A stretch of 64,000 nt of DNA from assembly GCA_020137815.1 (NCBI GenBank), contig CM035352.1, forward strand, positions 4,836,001 through 4,900,000. Reading direction: 5' to 3'. Positions 38,180 to 50,971 of this stretch are shown here, piece after piece. Below the pieces are notes generated by a model that saw only the letters and a program-made list of their open reading frames with translations, ran no database searches and was not told where the DNA came from. Source of the stretch: Hormiphora californensis. Taxonomy: Eukaryota; Animalia; Ctenophora. The translations under genes were made by a program, and so were the position numbers. Each line of letters starts with the position of its first letter. The stretch's first letter is position 1.

Positions 38180-41100
38180 TGTTTTTTTTTTAAAAAAAAA
38201 GGGAAAAAAAAAGGGGGGGGCCGGGGGGGGTTTTTTTTTGGGGGGGGGCGGGGGGGCCCCCCCTTTTTTTTTTTTTTAAAAAACCCCCCCAAAAAAAAAG
38301 GGGGGGGAAAAGGGAAATTTTTAAAAATTGGGGGGGGTTTTGGGGGGAAAAAAAAAGGGGTTTAAAAAAATTTTGGGGTTTTTCCCGAAAAAAAGGGGGG
38401 GCCCCAAAAAAAAAACCCCCCCCCCCCCCGGGGGGGGGAAAAAAATTTTCCCCGGGGGAAAAAAAAAAAAAGGGGGGCCCCCCCTGTTTTTTTACTTAAT
38501 TTAAAAAAAAAGGGGGGGGGGGGTTTTTTTTTTTGGGGGGGGGGCCCTTTTAAAAAATTTTCGGGGGGGGGGAAAAAAAAATTTTAAAAAGGGGGGGGGC
38601 CCCCCCCCCCCCCCAAAACCCCGGGGGGGGTTGGGGGCCCCCCGGTTTTTCCGGGGGAAAATTTTTTTTTTTTCCTTTTTTGGTTTTTTTTTTTTTAAAT
38701 TTTAAAAAAAAACCCTGTTTTTTTTGGAAACCCCCCCCCGGGGGAAAATTTGGGTTGGGGAAAAAAACCCCCCCCAAAAAAGGGGGGGGTTTTTGGGGGG
38801 GGGGGAAAAGGGGGGGGGGGGGGGAATAAATTTTTTTTTAAAAAAAATTTTGGGGAAAAAAAAGGGAAAAATTTTGGGGGAAAAGGGGAAAGGGGGGGGG
38901 GGGGAAAAAAAGGGAAAGGGGGGGGGGGGTTTTGGGGGTTTAAAAAAGGGGGGGAAAAAAAAACCCCCTTTTTAAGGGGTTTTTAAAAAGGATCCAAAAA
39001 AAAAACCCCCCTTTTAAAAAGGGGGGAAAAATTGGGGGGGAAAAAAATTTTTGGCCTTTTTAAAAAAATTTTTTAAAAGGGGGGCCCCGGGGGGAAAAAT
39101 TGGGAAAAGGGGAAAAAAAAAAAGGGGGGGTTTTTTTGGTTCCGGTTCCCAAAAAATTAAAAGGAAACCCCAGGGGAAAAAAAAAAGGGGGGGGGGAAAA
39201 AAGGCCCCCCCCAAAAATTTTTTTTTTTTTCCCCCCCTTTTTTTTTTTTGGGGGGGGGTTTTTTAAAATTTTGAAAAAATTTTTGGGGAAAAAATTTGGG
39301 GGGTTTTTGGGGGGAAAAAAAAAAATTTAAAAAAAAAATTTTTGGGGAAAGGGAAAAAAGGGGGGGAAAAAAAATTTTTGGGGGGGGAAGGGGGGGGGGG
39401 AAAAAATAAAGGGGGGGTGAGGGGGGAAAAAAAAAGGGGGGGGGGGGGAAAAAAAAATTTTTTTTTTTGGGGGGGGTCAAAAAGGGGGGGGTTAAAAAGG
39501 GGGGAAAAAAAAGGGGGAAAAAAAAAAAGGGGGGAAAAAAAAAAGGGAAAAAAAAGGGGGGGGGGGGGGGGCCCAAAGAAAAAATTTGGGGGCCCCGGGA
39601 AAAAAAAAATTTTTAAAAAAAAAAAGGGGGGGGGGTTTTTTTTTTTAAAAGGGGGAAAAAAAAAAACCTTTTCCGGGCCCCCCGGGCCCGGGGGGGAAAA
39701 AAAGGGGTTTTGGGGGAAAAAATTTTTTGGGGGGGCCTTTTTGGGGGGGTTTTTTCCCGGGGCCCTTCCCCCCGGGGGGGTTTTTTTTGGGGGGGGGGGT
39801 TTTTTCCTTTTTTTAAAATTTGGGAAACCTTTTTTTTGGTTTTCCCCCCCCCCTTTTTTTAAAAGGGTTTTTTTGTTTGGGGGGGGGGTTTTTTTTTTTT
39901 TTTCCCCCCTTTTTTTTCCCCGGGGGGGGGTTTTTTTTCCCCTTTTTTTTTGGGGGCCCCTTTTTTTTTTTCCCCCTTTTTCCCCGGGGAAAAGGGGGGG
40001 GGGGGGGTTTAATAAAAAAAAGGAACCCCCTTTTGGGGGGAAAAAATTTTTTGGGGGGGAAAAATTTTTTTTAAAAAAAAGGGGGAAAAAAATTTTAAAA
40101 GGTTTGGGGGCCCCAAAAAAGGGAAATTTTTAAATTTTAAATTTTTTTTTTTTTCCCCCCGGGGGGGTTTTTTGGGGGCCCCTTTTTTTCCCCCCTTTTT
40201 TTGTTTTTCCCCTTTAATTTTGGGGGGGGGGGTTTTGGGAAAAAAAAGGGAAAAACGGGGGAAAAGGGGGGGGGGGGGGGGGGGGGGGGAAAAAAATTAA
40301 ATTGGGGGCGGGGGTTTTTTTTGGGAAAAAAAGGGGGGGGGAAAGGGGGTTTTTTTGGGGGGGAATTTATTTTAAAAAAATTTTTCCCCCTTTTTTTTGG
40401 CCCCCCCCCCCTTTTTTTTTGGGGTTTTTTATTTTTTTTGGGGGGTTTTCCCCCCCCCTTTTTGGGGGGGGGGTTTTTTTAAAAGGGGGGGGGAAAAAAA
40501 GGGGGGTCCGTTTTAAAAAAAAAAAAAAAAAATTTTGGGGGAAAAAAGGGGAAAAAAAAAATTTTTTTTTTAAAAAAGGGGGGAATTTTTTTGGGGGGGG
40601 GGGTTTTTAAAAAAACCCCCCCCCCGGGGGGGGGAAAAAAAACCCCCAAAATTTTTTTTTTTAATGGGGGGGGAAAAAATTTCCTGGGGGGGGGCCCGGG
40701 GGGGGGGGGGTTTTTTGGGGGGGTTTCCCCCCAAAATTTTTTTTTTTAAAAAACCCAATTTTTTTTTTTTTTTTGGGGGGGGGGGGGGGGTTTTTTTTTA
40801 AAAAAAAAAAAGGGGGGGGAAAAAAATTTTTTCCCCTTTTTTTAAAAAAGGGGGGGGGGCCCCCCCAGGGGGGGCCCCAAAATTTTGGGGAAAACCCCGG
40901 GGGTTTTTTTGCCCCTTTTTTTAAAAAGGGGGGGGGGCCCTTTTTTTTTAAAAGGGGGAAAAAGGGGGGGCCCTTTGGGGGGGGCCCCCCCGGGCCCCCC
41001 GGGGGGTTTTTTTAAAATTTTTTCCCCCAAAAAAAAAAAAAAATTTTTTTTTTTCCAAAATTTTTTTAGGGGGGCCCAACCCCGGGGGGGAAAAAAAAAG

Positions 41101-43070
41101 GGGGAAACCCCGGGGGGGAAAAAAAAAATTTTTTTTTTTTTTCCTTTTTAATTTTTTTCCCCCCCCGGGGGGGTTTTTTAAAAAAAAAAAAGGGGGGGGC
41201 CCCCCCCAAAATTTTTTTTGGGGGGGGGGTTTTGGGGGGCCCCGGGGGGTTGAAAAAAAATTTTTTGGGGGGCCCTTTTTTTGGGGGAAAAGGGGGTTTT
41301 TCCCCTTGGGGGGAAAAAAAAAAAATTTGGGGGGGTTTTTTGGGGGGAAAAAAAAGGGGGGGGGGGGGGAAAAACCCGGGGGGGGGGGGCCCCCCCAAAA
41401 AAAAAAGGTTGGGGGGGAAAAAAAAAATTTTTTTTTTTGGGGTTTTTTTTCCCCTTTTTCCCGGAAAAAAAAACCCGGGAAAAAAAGGGGGGGGGCCCCC
41501 AACCCCGAAAAAAAATTTTGGGGGAAAAAAAAAAAAAGGGGGGGGGGAAGAAAAAAACCAAAAAAACCAAAAAAAGGGGGGGGAAAAAAATTTGGAATTT
41601 ATAAAAATTTTTCCCCGGGGGGGGGGGTTTTTTTGGGGGGGGGGGAAAAAAAAAAAAAAATTTTTTTGGGGGGAAAAAAGGGGTTTCCCCGGGGGGGGAA
41701 AAGGGGGTTGGGGAAAAAACCGGGGGGGGGGGGGGGAAAGGGGGGGGGGGGGGGGGGGGGGGAAAAAAAAGGGGGAAAGGGAAAAATTTTGGGTTTTAAA
41801 AAATTTTTTTTAAAAGAAAAAAAAACCCCCCCAAAAAAACCGGGGGTTTTTCCCCGGGAAAGGTTTGGAAAAATTTTTGGGAAGGGGGGGGGGGGGAAAA
41901 AAAAAAAAATTAAAGGGGGGGGAAAAAAGGGGGGAAAAAGAAAAGAGAGAAAAAAGGGGGGGAGGCCCCGGGAGGGGGAAGAGACAAAAAAGGGGGGGGG
42001 GGGGGGTTTTCCCCCAAAGGGGGGGAAAAAAGGGGGAGGGGGGGGGGTTGGGGGGGGGGGGGGGGGGGTTTGGGGGTTTTGGGGGGAAAGAGGGGGGGGA
42101 AAAGGGGGGAAATTAAAAAAAAGGGGGGGAAATGGGAGAGAAAAAGGGGGAAGGAAAAGGGAGGGGGGGGGGGGGGAAAAAAAAGGAGTGGGGAAAAAAA
42201 GGGGGGGGGGAAAAAAGGGGGGGAAAAAAAAAGGGGGGGGGAAAAAAGGGAAAAAAAGGGGGGAAGGGGAAAGGGGTTAAAGAGGGGGGGGGAAAAGGAG
42301 AGGGGGAGGGGAGGGGGAAAGGAGGGGAGAAAAGGGGCCCGGGGAAAAAAAATAAAAAAAGGGAGAGAGAGAGGGAGATGGAAAAGGAGAGGAGAAGAGA
42401 GAGAGGGGGGGGGGGGGGGCCCCCCCCCCCCCCCCCCCTTTTGGGGCCCCCTTTTAAAAAGGGGGGGGTTTTTTTTTTTCCCTTTTTAAAAAAAACCCCC
42501 CTTTTTTTTTCCCCGGGGGTTTTTTTCCCTTTTCCCCCAAAAAAAGGGAAAAAACCCAAAAAAAAAAGGGGGGGAAAAAAAAGGGGGGGCTTAAAAAGGA
42601 GAAAAGGGGGAGGGGGGGGGGGAAAAAAAAAAAATTTAAAAGAAAAAAAAAAAGGGGGGGGGGGGGGGGGGGAAAAAAGGGATGTTTTGGGGCCCCCCCG
42701 GGGGGGGCCCCCGGGGGAAAAGGGGGGAAAAAAAAAGGGGGGGGGGGGCCCCCCCTTTTTTTTTTCCCCCAAAAAAATTTGGGGGGGAAAAAAAAAAAAA
42801 CCCCCCCCCCCCCCCCCTTTTTTTCCCCCAAAAAAAATTTTTTTGGGGGGGGGTTTTTTGGGGGGAAAAAAAAACCCCTTCCCCCCCCCTTTTTGCCTTC
42901 CCCCTTTTGGGGGGAAAAAGGGGGGGAAACCCCCCCGGGAAAAAAATTTTTTTTTTTTTTCCCCCAATTTTGGGGGGAAAAAACCCCCCCCAAAAAAACC
43001 CCCCCGGGGTTTGGGTTTTTTTTTTTTTTTAAAGTCTTTTCCCCCTTCCTCTTATCTTTTTTTTTTCCCC
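38180..43070. other. Homopolymer-run noise; probable low-quality read or assembly artefact
   Basis: Aperiodic concatenated runs of A, C, G and T for ~4.9 kb. The LINE ORF2 degrades progressively into it. Confidence 0.85.
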
Positions 43071-43184
43071 CTTCTCTCTCTCTCAGAACGAACAGGAATA
43101 AGTTACCCTTGAAAAATCAGAGATTGAGATAGATATCCAGGCTTTTTACAGCCTTATGATTTATCGAGAGACTAGATAAGAGAG

Positions 43185-43215
<31 letters not shown>

Positions 43216-43233
43216 TAGAGATAGAGAGAGATA

Positions 43234-43306
<73 letters not shown>

Positions 43307-43573
43307 GCAGATGATGATGATAGCTTTGACTATATTTTCATTTTTACAGCCACTGCCCACTGCAGCACTCAAACAGTTTCTGATCAACTCGATCGAGGAA
43401 AGGCCAAAGACTTCCCCCCCCCCCTTGGTGTGTTTCTACACTCAAAAAGGAGAGAATGTGGTGTTGAAGAGAGGGAGGGAGAGAGATTCATATGAATATA
43501 CGAATTACAACACATTCTGCGGTCTCACAACCCAGCTCTCACTTGCCTAATTAGTCCTAAGTCACGTGACTTT

Positions 43574-44024
43574 GAGTGAGACCGCAGAATTCATCCGGCG
43601 CTCAAAAAAACGGTGTTTTCAAAGTTTTTTGAGGTTGCACCCTAGACGGTTGCCCTAGGAGTTTCAAAAAACCCGGGAATCGAAAGAATGGACAATTTTG
43701 AGATACACACTTGACGATTTTTTTCGATTTTCTATCTCAATTTTGAGTGACAGTCTGGTAAAGAGCTCTACCCTCTCAAAAATGAAGAAAACTGAAAAAT
43801 GAAGTTGTTTACGGTTTTGATCACTGCGAACCTTGTAATTAACCGTTTTTCACGGGGATTTCACTGGGCTGTAGGTGACGGTCTTGTGAATCCCACAGTG
43901 AAAAAAATTTGGAAAAATTCCGTTATTTGCTCTCTCGGCAAGCTTTTCCGTAAAACCCACTCAAATTTGCTAGTCTTTTGTGCGCAGCACACAGCAGATT
44001 CTGCGGTCTCACTATCAGCCCCTG
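43574..44024. mobile_element. Partial non-autonomous DNA transposon (hAT-like end)
   Basis: Inverted AGTGAGACCGCAGAAT / ATTCTGCGGTCTCACT; right end ...ATCAGCCCCTG. The left terminus is not clear. Confidence 0.4.
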
Positions 44025-44034
44025 ATTATTATTA

Positions 44035-45917
44035 TCTATATAAAGTTATATGCTGACGACTCCCAGCTCTATGTGAGTCTGGTTCCTACAGATTCTACTG
44101 GCTGGTCGGAGGCAAAGGTGGATATTGAGGAATGTCTGGCGAAGGTGAAGCGGTGGATGGTGGGACAGTGGTTGAAGTGCAACGAGGCTAAGACAGAATT
44201 CATCCTTCTTGGAAAGCGCAGTTCCTTAGGCAAGGTCACTTTCGATCCAGTCATTAACTTTGGAGGAACAGAAATCTCCCCTAGTGAATGTAGTGGAACA
44301 ACCGGGAAAACCCTAGGAATTCTCTTGGATCAAAATCTCAATCTTGAACGACAGGTTAACAATGTGAGGAAACAGTGTGGATTGGCATTACGGAATCTCT
44401 GGCAGTTGCACAGGTGTTTTGATATTCCAACAAAGATAATGTTGGTCAAACAATTGATCATATCAAGAATTGATTACAGTAACATACTGTACTGTGGACT
44501 TCCGGTTCGAGTTCTCAGTGGGCTCCAGAAACTTCTCAATGCCTGTGTGCGCTTTATATACAACATCCATGGACACCAGGAAAGCTATTTGGAATACTTC
44601 AGGCAGTGCCATATCTTGCCCATCTCCTACAGACTGGACTTCAAAGCTTGTCTGATCGCCTACAAGATAGTCTATGGAACAGCACCCCGCTACCTCCAGG
44701 AAATGGTGCCACTTGATGACAGCTGGGGTCTCTCCAGGACAACAAGGATGACTAGTGTTACTGATCCGTACAGATTAAAATACCCAAAGATGACAAGCAT
44801 CAACGCCAACTCTAAGTTGAGACGTAGGAGAATATCAGTGTTCCTGCCTACTATTTGGAATGAGTTACCTCTTGAGCTCAGGTCAATCCCCAATGTGGAT
44901 ACATTCAAGGCCCGTCTGAAGACACATCTCTTCGTTGGTGCATTTGGAGTGGGTGATGGGGAACCCGCGGCTGAGTTGTAATGTTTGTTGTAGTTGTGGA
45001 GCCTGCGGGCAATCGGTGTCATCCTCTCTCTGGCCATGCTAGTAAATCACTACCTAGTAAACTTTTTTCCCTAGCAGGTGTGAGTATAGTGTGTTTAAAT
45101 TTATATCTACAGGTTTATGGGACCAGTTATTCCACCAGTTTTATAAGTCCAGTTATATCGGCTTCTATATATTGTCTTTTTCAACCAGAGTGTTTGTGTG
45201 TGTCATATATTTACTCGAGGATATACCGCTCTGATGACCAGGCGGAGCATCGCCAATATTTTGACATGTTTCCGTCAGGTATGGGCGGTATATAAGCGCG
45301 GAATATTATTATTATTATTATTATTATTATATTATAAAGCAGAGAACCTTGCAAGACAATTGGTTTTTGGGGGTTTTTAGGGCTTGCACGTGGAAAATTG
45401 ACGTGTTGTTAGGGGTGTTTGGTGGGGTTTGGGGCGTGCACGTGCGTGTGTAAAGGTTTTATAAATTTGGGGGATAATAGCTGATTTGAAAGAGCTTGAG
45501 ATTATCTTTCTAATGAGCCTTGGTATTTTGAAATTGGCTGAGAAATGACTGAGTTATCGCGAAAATGGTGAAAAATGAGGGAAAATGTGGGGTTCTGAAC
45601 TGCTTCAGATCACATATTGAGACAGGGGTGAGGGGAGTATTCATTATGGCGTTAGGGGAGTGAATAGAGGGTGAGATGGAGTGAATAGGGGACGATATGA
45701 TTCAATAGGGGCCGAGGGTAGTCAATAGGGATAAGAGGGGTCTGGGGTGAGGACTGAGGGGAGTCAACAGGGGGAAGGGGGCGTGGAGTATCATCTCGCG
45801 ACCGGAGGTGCCGCGAAGCGGCGCCGTAGGGAGCAAAGTAGGCATGAGCCAGGGATCGGGATTAAAAGGAGTCAATAGGGTGTGAGAGTTTTTTGTTCTT
45901 TTGCCTGGGCTCTCTAG
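44035..45917 (+). mobile_element. Non-autonomous Helitron-like element (interrupted by an L2 fragment)
   Basis: Starts A|TCTATATAAAG and ends CTAG|T inside an (ATT)n context, with no TSD. GC-rich hairpins at ~45797-45830. Confidence 0.55.
44046..45332 (+). mobile_element. 5'-truncated L2/CR1-group LINE (RT C-terminus, 3'UTR, (ATT)n tail)
   Basis: YADDSQLY, LKCNEAKTE, LGILLD, SRIDYSN, HILPI..R..FK, WNELP...FKARLKTHLF; stop at 44981. TSD TATAAAG at 44039-44045 and 45333-45339. Confidence 0.9.
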
Positions 45918-46220
45918 TTATTATTATAAACTAGTCAATATGTATTTTGGAGTTAGGTAAAAGAGATAAAGAATTTGAAGTCCAGAGGGGAATATGAGAG
46001 AGGGAGAATAATATATCTCTATGTGGGTAAAGGGAAGTGAATGCTAAAGAAAGGATTTGAGTAGTTATCCCACCGCTATTGAAACTCATGTTGATTGAAA
46101 AATTAAACAATGAAATGAATTAAAGTAAAAATGTTCCGTTAAAAAACTACACCTTGCCTCAAAAGAGCAAACCTCGTATCTCTCCCCGGGAGAATTAAAT
46201 TGTCATTGAGGAAAGAAGAT

Positions 46221-47354
46221 TTAGGCACCAGTGGGTCTGAACATTCGTAGGCTTGGGTTGGTCTTCTTCAGCCTGATCTGGGTTCCCTTGATCGCTTCCT
46301 GCTCTCTTCTGCCCATCTTCCTCCTCCGGTCATAAGCGTACCCACTGGGTTTCTTATACACCACTGCAGTACACTTACTATCCCTTAGGATGGCCTTCTC
46401 CATACTGGTGCTCCACTTCTCCAAATACTCGCTCTTCTCGTACTTTGGCATGCTCATCGTCATCTCCTTCATGAAATAGATCCTGCGGAGACCGCTCCAG
46501 TAGGAGAGGTTGTTGATCAACTCTGTATGGGGGGAGTCACAGTGGTCTAGGTACACCAGTAGGGCACCTGGTTTCATGGCATCCAGAGTCGTCTGGAGAC
46601 ACTCTGACACATCCTCCCCAAGACCACCCAGGGCGAATGGCAACAAGACTATGTCTGCCTGTGCGTTGCACGCTGTTTGTTTCACTGAAGGCTCACCACC
46701 CGCGAAGTACCGAACATTTCCACCCTCTAGTTTCTTCCACAGGTTCTGCACATAGCTGTGCTGGGGAGTCTTGGCTCCCTCTTTCTTCAGCATGCTCAAC
46801 ATGGTCTTGGCAATACCCTCCCATTGTTCATTTCTTTCAGACACAGAAGCGGATACCTTGGGTCTGAGTCCAAACCGGTGCAGCCACATTAGAACCCCGA
46901 CAACATCACACCCAGGACCACCACCCATACTGTAGACATTAACAGTTCCCCAATCAACTCCCTGCATAAGTTCATTGAACACTGTAGTACGGGACTGGAG
47001 GTTGGTGCAGGCAGAGTAGGCATCAGTCAGGACACTGTTTACTAGATACATTCGCTGAGCACCGTGGATTAGGGTGTAGGCAACACGAGATGCAGCATCG
47101 GGGAACTCTCGGTTAAAGGTGGAGATACCTGTCACAGAGTTGAGCTTATCAGACTCGGCTATGAAATCTGGAACAATTTCAGGGTTTGATTCAAGTAGCT
47201 TTTCGATTACATCCCTGATAAAGGCATACAAGGAAGGTCTGGGGTCATCAGAAGCAGGTTTAGTGTCTTTAATATCCTTAGAGTCCTTCTTCACATCAGT
47301 CACCACCTCTTTCACTTCTTCTTTGACCTGTGTTGTGTCTCCTGCTGTAGCCAT
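46221..47354 (-). CDS. Intronless class I SAM-dependent methyltransferase-like protein, 377 aa
   Basis: Motif I VYSMGGGPGCD, ADIVLLPF, post-II MKPGALLVYLD, and a terminal strand TAVVYKK. Substrate unknown. Confidence 0.7.
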   Translation of the reverse strand: MATAGDTTQVKEEVKEVVTDVKKDSKDIKDTKPASDDPRPSLYAFIRDVIEKLLESNPEIVPDFIAESDKLNSVTGISTFNREFPDAASRVAYTLIHGAQRMYLVNSVLTDAYSACTNLQSRTTVFNELMQGVDWGTVNVYSMGGGPGCDVVGVLMWLHRFGLRPKVSASVSERNEQWEGIAKTMLSMLKKEGAKTPQHSYVQNLWKKLEGGNVRYFAGGEPSVKQTACNAQADIVLLPFALGGLGEDVSECLQTTLDAMKPGALLVYLDHCDSPHTELINNLSYWSGLRRIYFMKEMTMSMPKYEKSEYLEKWSTSMEKAILRDSKCTAVVYKKPSGYAYDRRRKMGRREQEAIKGTQIRLKKTNPSLRMFRPTGA

Positions 47355-48224
47355 TTTGTTTACACCTACCGGCTACAATGGGGTTAGTGCAGCACTAGCT
47401 ATTAATGAATCAATAAGCAAATAAGCAAACTCAATCAATAAGCAAACTGTAGACGACTTAGGTAACCATTCATCAGTTAAGTAATATTGGCAAAGTTTTT
47501 AATGATGCAAAGAGCTCTCGACACTCAATAGAAAAATGGTGTCCACTGTCCTTGAAACTTTCAGTAGTTTGTAGTTTAACATCCAGAGCGTTAGAGGTTG
47601 GTTGTTGGGGTGGCCCATGCCTATCGCCGATATTGGTCAGGTCAAATTTATGGCGACATTGCTAGAATAGGAAGAAGGCCAATTTGGCCTTCCTCCTATT
47701 CCTCCTATTCTAGCAATTTATTTTTAGATTTTTGACCACTTGTTAGCATGTTACACAGGACTGGGTAAATACGGAAAGTCAAAGGGACTGCGGCTCGAGC
47801 CTCGATCTAATCAACGCCGTCAATAGAAAAAAGTTTGCGTACATTTTCAAACGGCGGTGGGGCCTGGGGTGTAGGCCGTACTCCGTAGGGGCAGAGCCAC
47901 CTCAAGCGGGTTCCGTAAGCTATAAGCGCTGGTAGAGGTCGATGGGACCAAGCTGCAAGCCCATCGAAAATATCGAGCGTTTGTAGGGCCTTTTTATTTT
48001 GACGACCCGAGCGTGTTAAAAAAAGACTTGAAATTTGAAATCTGAAATTTTTTTGGAACATCTGAATTGATGGGAAAATGTGTCGCAATTGTTGTAACGC
48101 GCGAAGTGTGGCCGGCTAAAACGCTGCCAAAACGTCACTGCGCGCTGAAAATTTTGACGTCGCGATTTTTCGCCCATAACAAATTTTAAACTTTTTTGGG
48201 CCAAGGCCACTTTTCTTCTTTCAC

Positions 48225-48530
48225 TAAAGTCGGATTTTTTGAAACTGTCACCCCAAAATGACCGCGCATGTGAAATTTATCAATTTTGACGCGCACACCA
48301 CACGTTAACATGTGATGTGACGCGCAAAAACATTCCGCGCACGAAAAGGGGGGTGACAGTTTCAAAAAATCCGACTTTATACTCCATTTTTTTTCAACTG
48401 TTCACCCCCCAAAGTCGTGCGCGGAATTGTTTTGCGCGTCTATCACATGTTAACGTGTAGCACGCGCAGCGTAAATTAAAATATCGCACGCGCACGAGTT
48501 GAGGGGTGAACAGTTGAATAAAAATGGAGT
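48225..48530. repeat. Two adjacent ~150-bp foldback units (transposon-derived)
   Basis: TAAAGTCGGATTTTTTGAAACTGTCACCCC / GGGGTGACAGTTTCAAAAAATCCGACTTTA (48225-48379), and ACTCCATTTT..CAACTGTTCACCCC / GGGGTGAACAGTTG..AAAATGGAGT (48381-48530). Confidence 0.7.
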
Positions 48531-48532
48531 TT

Positions 48533-48916
48533 AAGGAACCATAATAAAGTTCAAGAGCCTCCAAGAGCACCCAAGAGCGTACCCGATCGAAGAGAGACCA
48601 CACCTGAGAGCGTACCACACCCAAAAGAGACCACATCCAAGAGCGCACCACCTCCAGAAGACACCACTTCAAGAGCGGACCACATCAAAGAGAGCTCCCC
48701 ATCCAGAAGATACCACGCGCAGGGGACACCACGCGCAGAAGAGACCAGCGCGGCGTTGTATTTGCGCGTGCGGTCTCTTCTGCGCGTGGTGTCCCCTGCG
48801 CGCGGTATCTTCTGGATGGGGAGCTCTCTTTGATGTGGTGCGCTCTTGGAGTGGTGTCTTTTGGAGGTGGTACGCTCTTGGATGGGGTGCGCTCTTGAAC
48901 TTTATTATGGTTCCTT
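48533..48916. mobile_element. Palindromic MITE with 26-bp TIR and internal AAGAGCGCACCAC-like subrepeats
   Basis: AAGGAACCATAATAAAGTTCAAGAGC at 48533-48558 is mirrored at 48891-48916. Confidence 0.75.
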
Positions 48917-48959
48917 CTTTCACTTTCACTTCTACTGCAGCCAGATGATCGAACTGCAA

Positions 48960-50753
48960 TGTGTATGAGACTCATTGCGATTAACTCTGCATATGGTTAC
49001 CCCTTAAACGACTCCAATTACTTCAAAATGCAGCCACACGCTTCATACATGGTCAAAGAAGCAGGAGAGGGGTCACAGAACTAAGGAAGAAGTCGCACTT
49101 TCTTCCCGTAAAACATCGTATCGAGTTTAAAGCATGTCTGATGATATACAATGCCCTAAATGGTAGATCCCCAAGCTATATGACAGAAATGATCCAAAGG
49201 AGGCAAACAAAAGCTAAGCGACTCAGAGTAGATGAAGATGTTTCAAGATTAGAGGAACGTCATACCAAGTACAAGGTCACTGAAAAAGCTTTCAGTGTCA
49301 CGGCACCGAAACTATGGAACAAACTGCCAAAGTACATCAGAAACAGTGAATCCGTGGTAACTTTCAAAAAATCACTAAAGACCTACCTGTTCAAACTTGC
49401 CTACGACTAATTTCCTTCCTCTTTACTCCTGGAAACTCTGACATATCCCACCATCCACTTGCTGCCCTCCAACATCCATCATCCTCAACACCCTCTATTA
49501 TCCTGTGCTACCGGCTACCCCCTTCATCAGTCCTACCCCCTCCTTCATCAGTCCTACCCTCCCTCATCAGTCCTACCCTCCTTCATCAGTCCTGCCCTCC
49601 TTCATCAGTCCTACCCTCCCTCCCTCCTTCATCAGTCCTACCCTCCTTCATCAATCATCAGTCCTACCCGCCTTCATCAGTCCTACCCTCCTTCAACAGT
49701 CCTACCCTCCTTCATCAGTCCTACCCTCCCTTCTTCATTAGTCCTACCGTCTTTTTCAGCCCTGCCCTCCTTCATCAGTCCTATCCTCCTTCATCAGTCC
49801 TACCCTCCCTACATCCATCCTTGTCCCTATAGCACTTCAACATTCCTAAACACTCTCCATCATCCCTATCCTCCACCATCCAGAGTTAGGAGAGTGACCA
49901 TATTTATTTACCAGAGTTAGGTTAAGTTTTTTTTTTTGAGAATATTTGTTCGTTGGTGTGTGAATTCTAAATAGACAATATCTTGGCTTTTGAGATGTAG
50001 GGTAGAGATGAGGGTAAAGAGAATTGGCCGAGTATGGGCCAGGAGAAATCAGTTACCCGAAACGAATCGTGTGACGTGCACGCCAAACGAAACGAATGAA
50101 AACACAGCTAACGCAGCGTACCCAATATGAACATTTGAAAGTGGTGAAATACTGTTGAAAAAATGCAACCTGTGTAAACGTAATGGATTGTCTAATCTTA
50201 ATATGCTCAATGTTCAAACCGCGTGTGTGATTAGGTGATAACGATATGCTATTTATAACTTTATACCGTTTTTAGGTAAATATTAGGTTTAATTTACATC
50301 CTTTTTGTGGTGAAAACTTTTTAATTAATTTATTATACCGACTAATCTTGACAATGTTTGTAAGTTTGTGACGTGTGAAGGCGTTGTGTTTTGGTGCGTG
50401 TGTGTGTGTGTGACGTGTGTGTATGTGTGTGACATGTGTGTGTGAATTTGAGGAGCAAGCTATAGTTAGTTAACTTATTAAACTATTTCTAACTTAATAA
50501 TTAATTAACTTAGTTATTTATTTTTTACTGTTAAATCTACCCATTGTATTCTATCCATATAGTTATTAGATCATTGTTTCTGTGCCTACTGTCCATCTCA
50601 GTCGCAAGCCCGCTTTAGGTAACTGCTGAAGCTCTAAGCCTCTCAGCCTTGTAGGATATGTATGACTTGTTTGTATATGTCTATAGTGTGAGAGCGGGAC
50701 GAGTCACTTATATGACTCAGATATAAATATTGAAGTTCATTTTCATTTTCATT
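48960..50753 (+). mobile_element. L2-group LINE 3' fragment with minisatellite in the 3'UTR
   Basis: LQLLQNAATR, HFLPVKHRIEFK, AFSVTAPKLWNKLP, FKKSLKTYLF (stop 49410). A ~20-bp CTTCATCAGTCCTACCCTC repeat spans 49522-49810. A putative terminal stem-loop GAGTCA-CTTATA-TGACTC and (TTCATT)n tail lie at 50701-50753. The 3' boundary is less certain. Confidence 0.7.
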
Positions 50754-50971
50754 ACTCTCTTCGGCAGTCTCTCCTCGGCTTTTGAAAAGTGACGCCAATC
50801 GTGAATCGGTGTTGGTGTACAGTGTACTGTTTGCGTGGGAAAAAAATCACTTTCACTTTGATTTTTGAAGTTTTAGAGTAAATATACATTCTACATTACG
50901 ATTCATTCTTTAGCTTTGAAGCTTTTTAAAAGTAGTTCGACTAAAAATTTCCATTCAGGATCTATGCTGGT

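Noticed and set aside
38180-43070. Dozens of G/K/F/P-rich ORFs and G-quadruplex-like runs
   Set aside because: Aperiodic homopolymer noise typical of failed read tails; the ORFs arise simply from a lack of stop codons.
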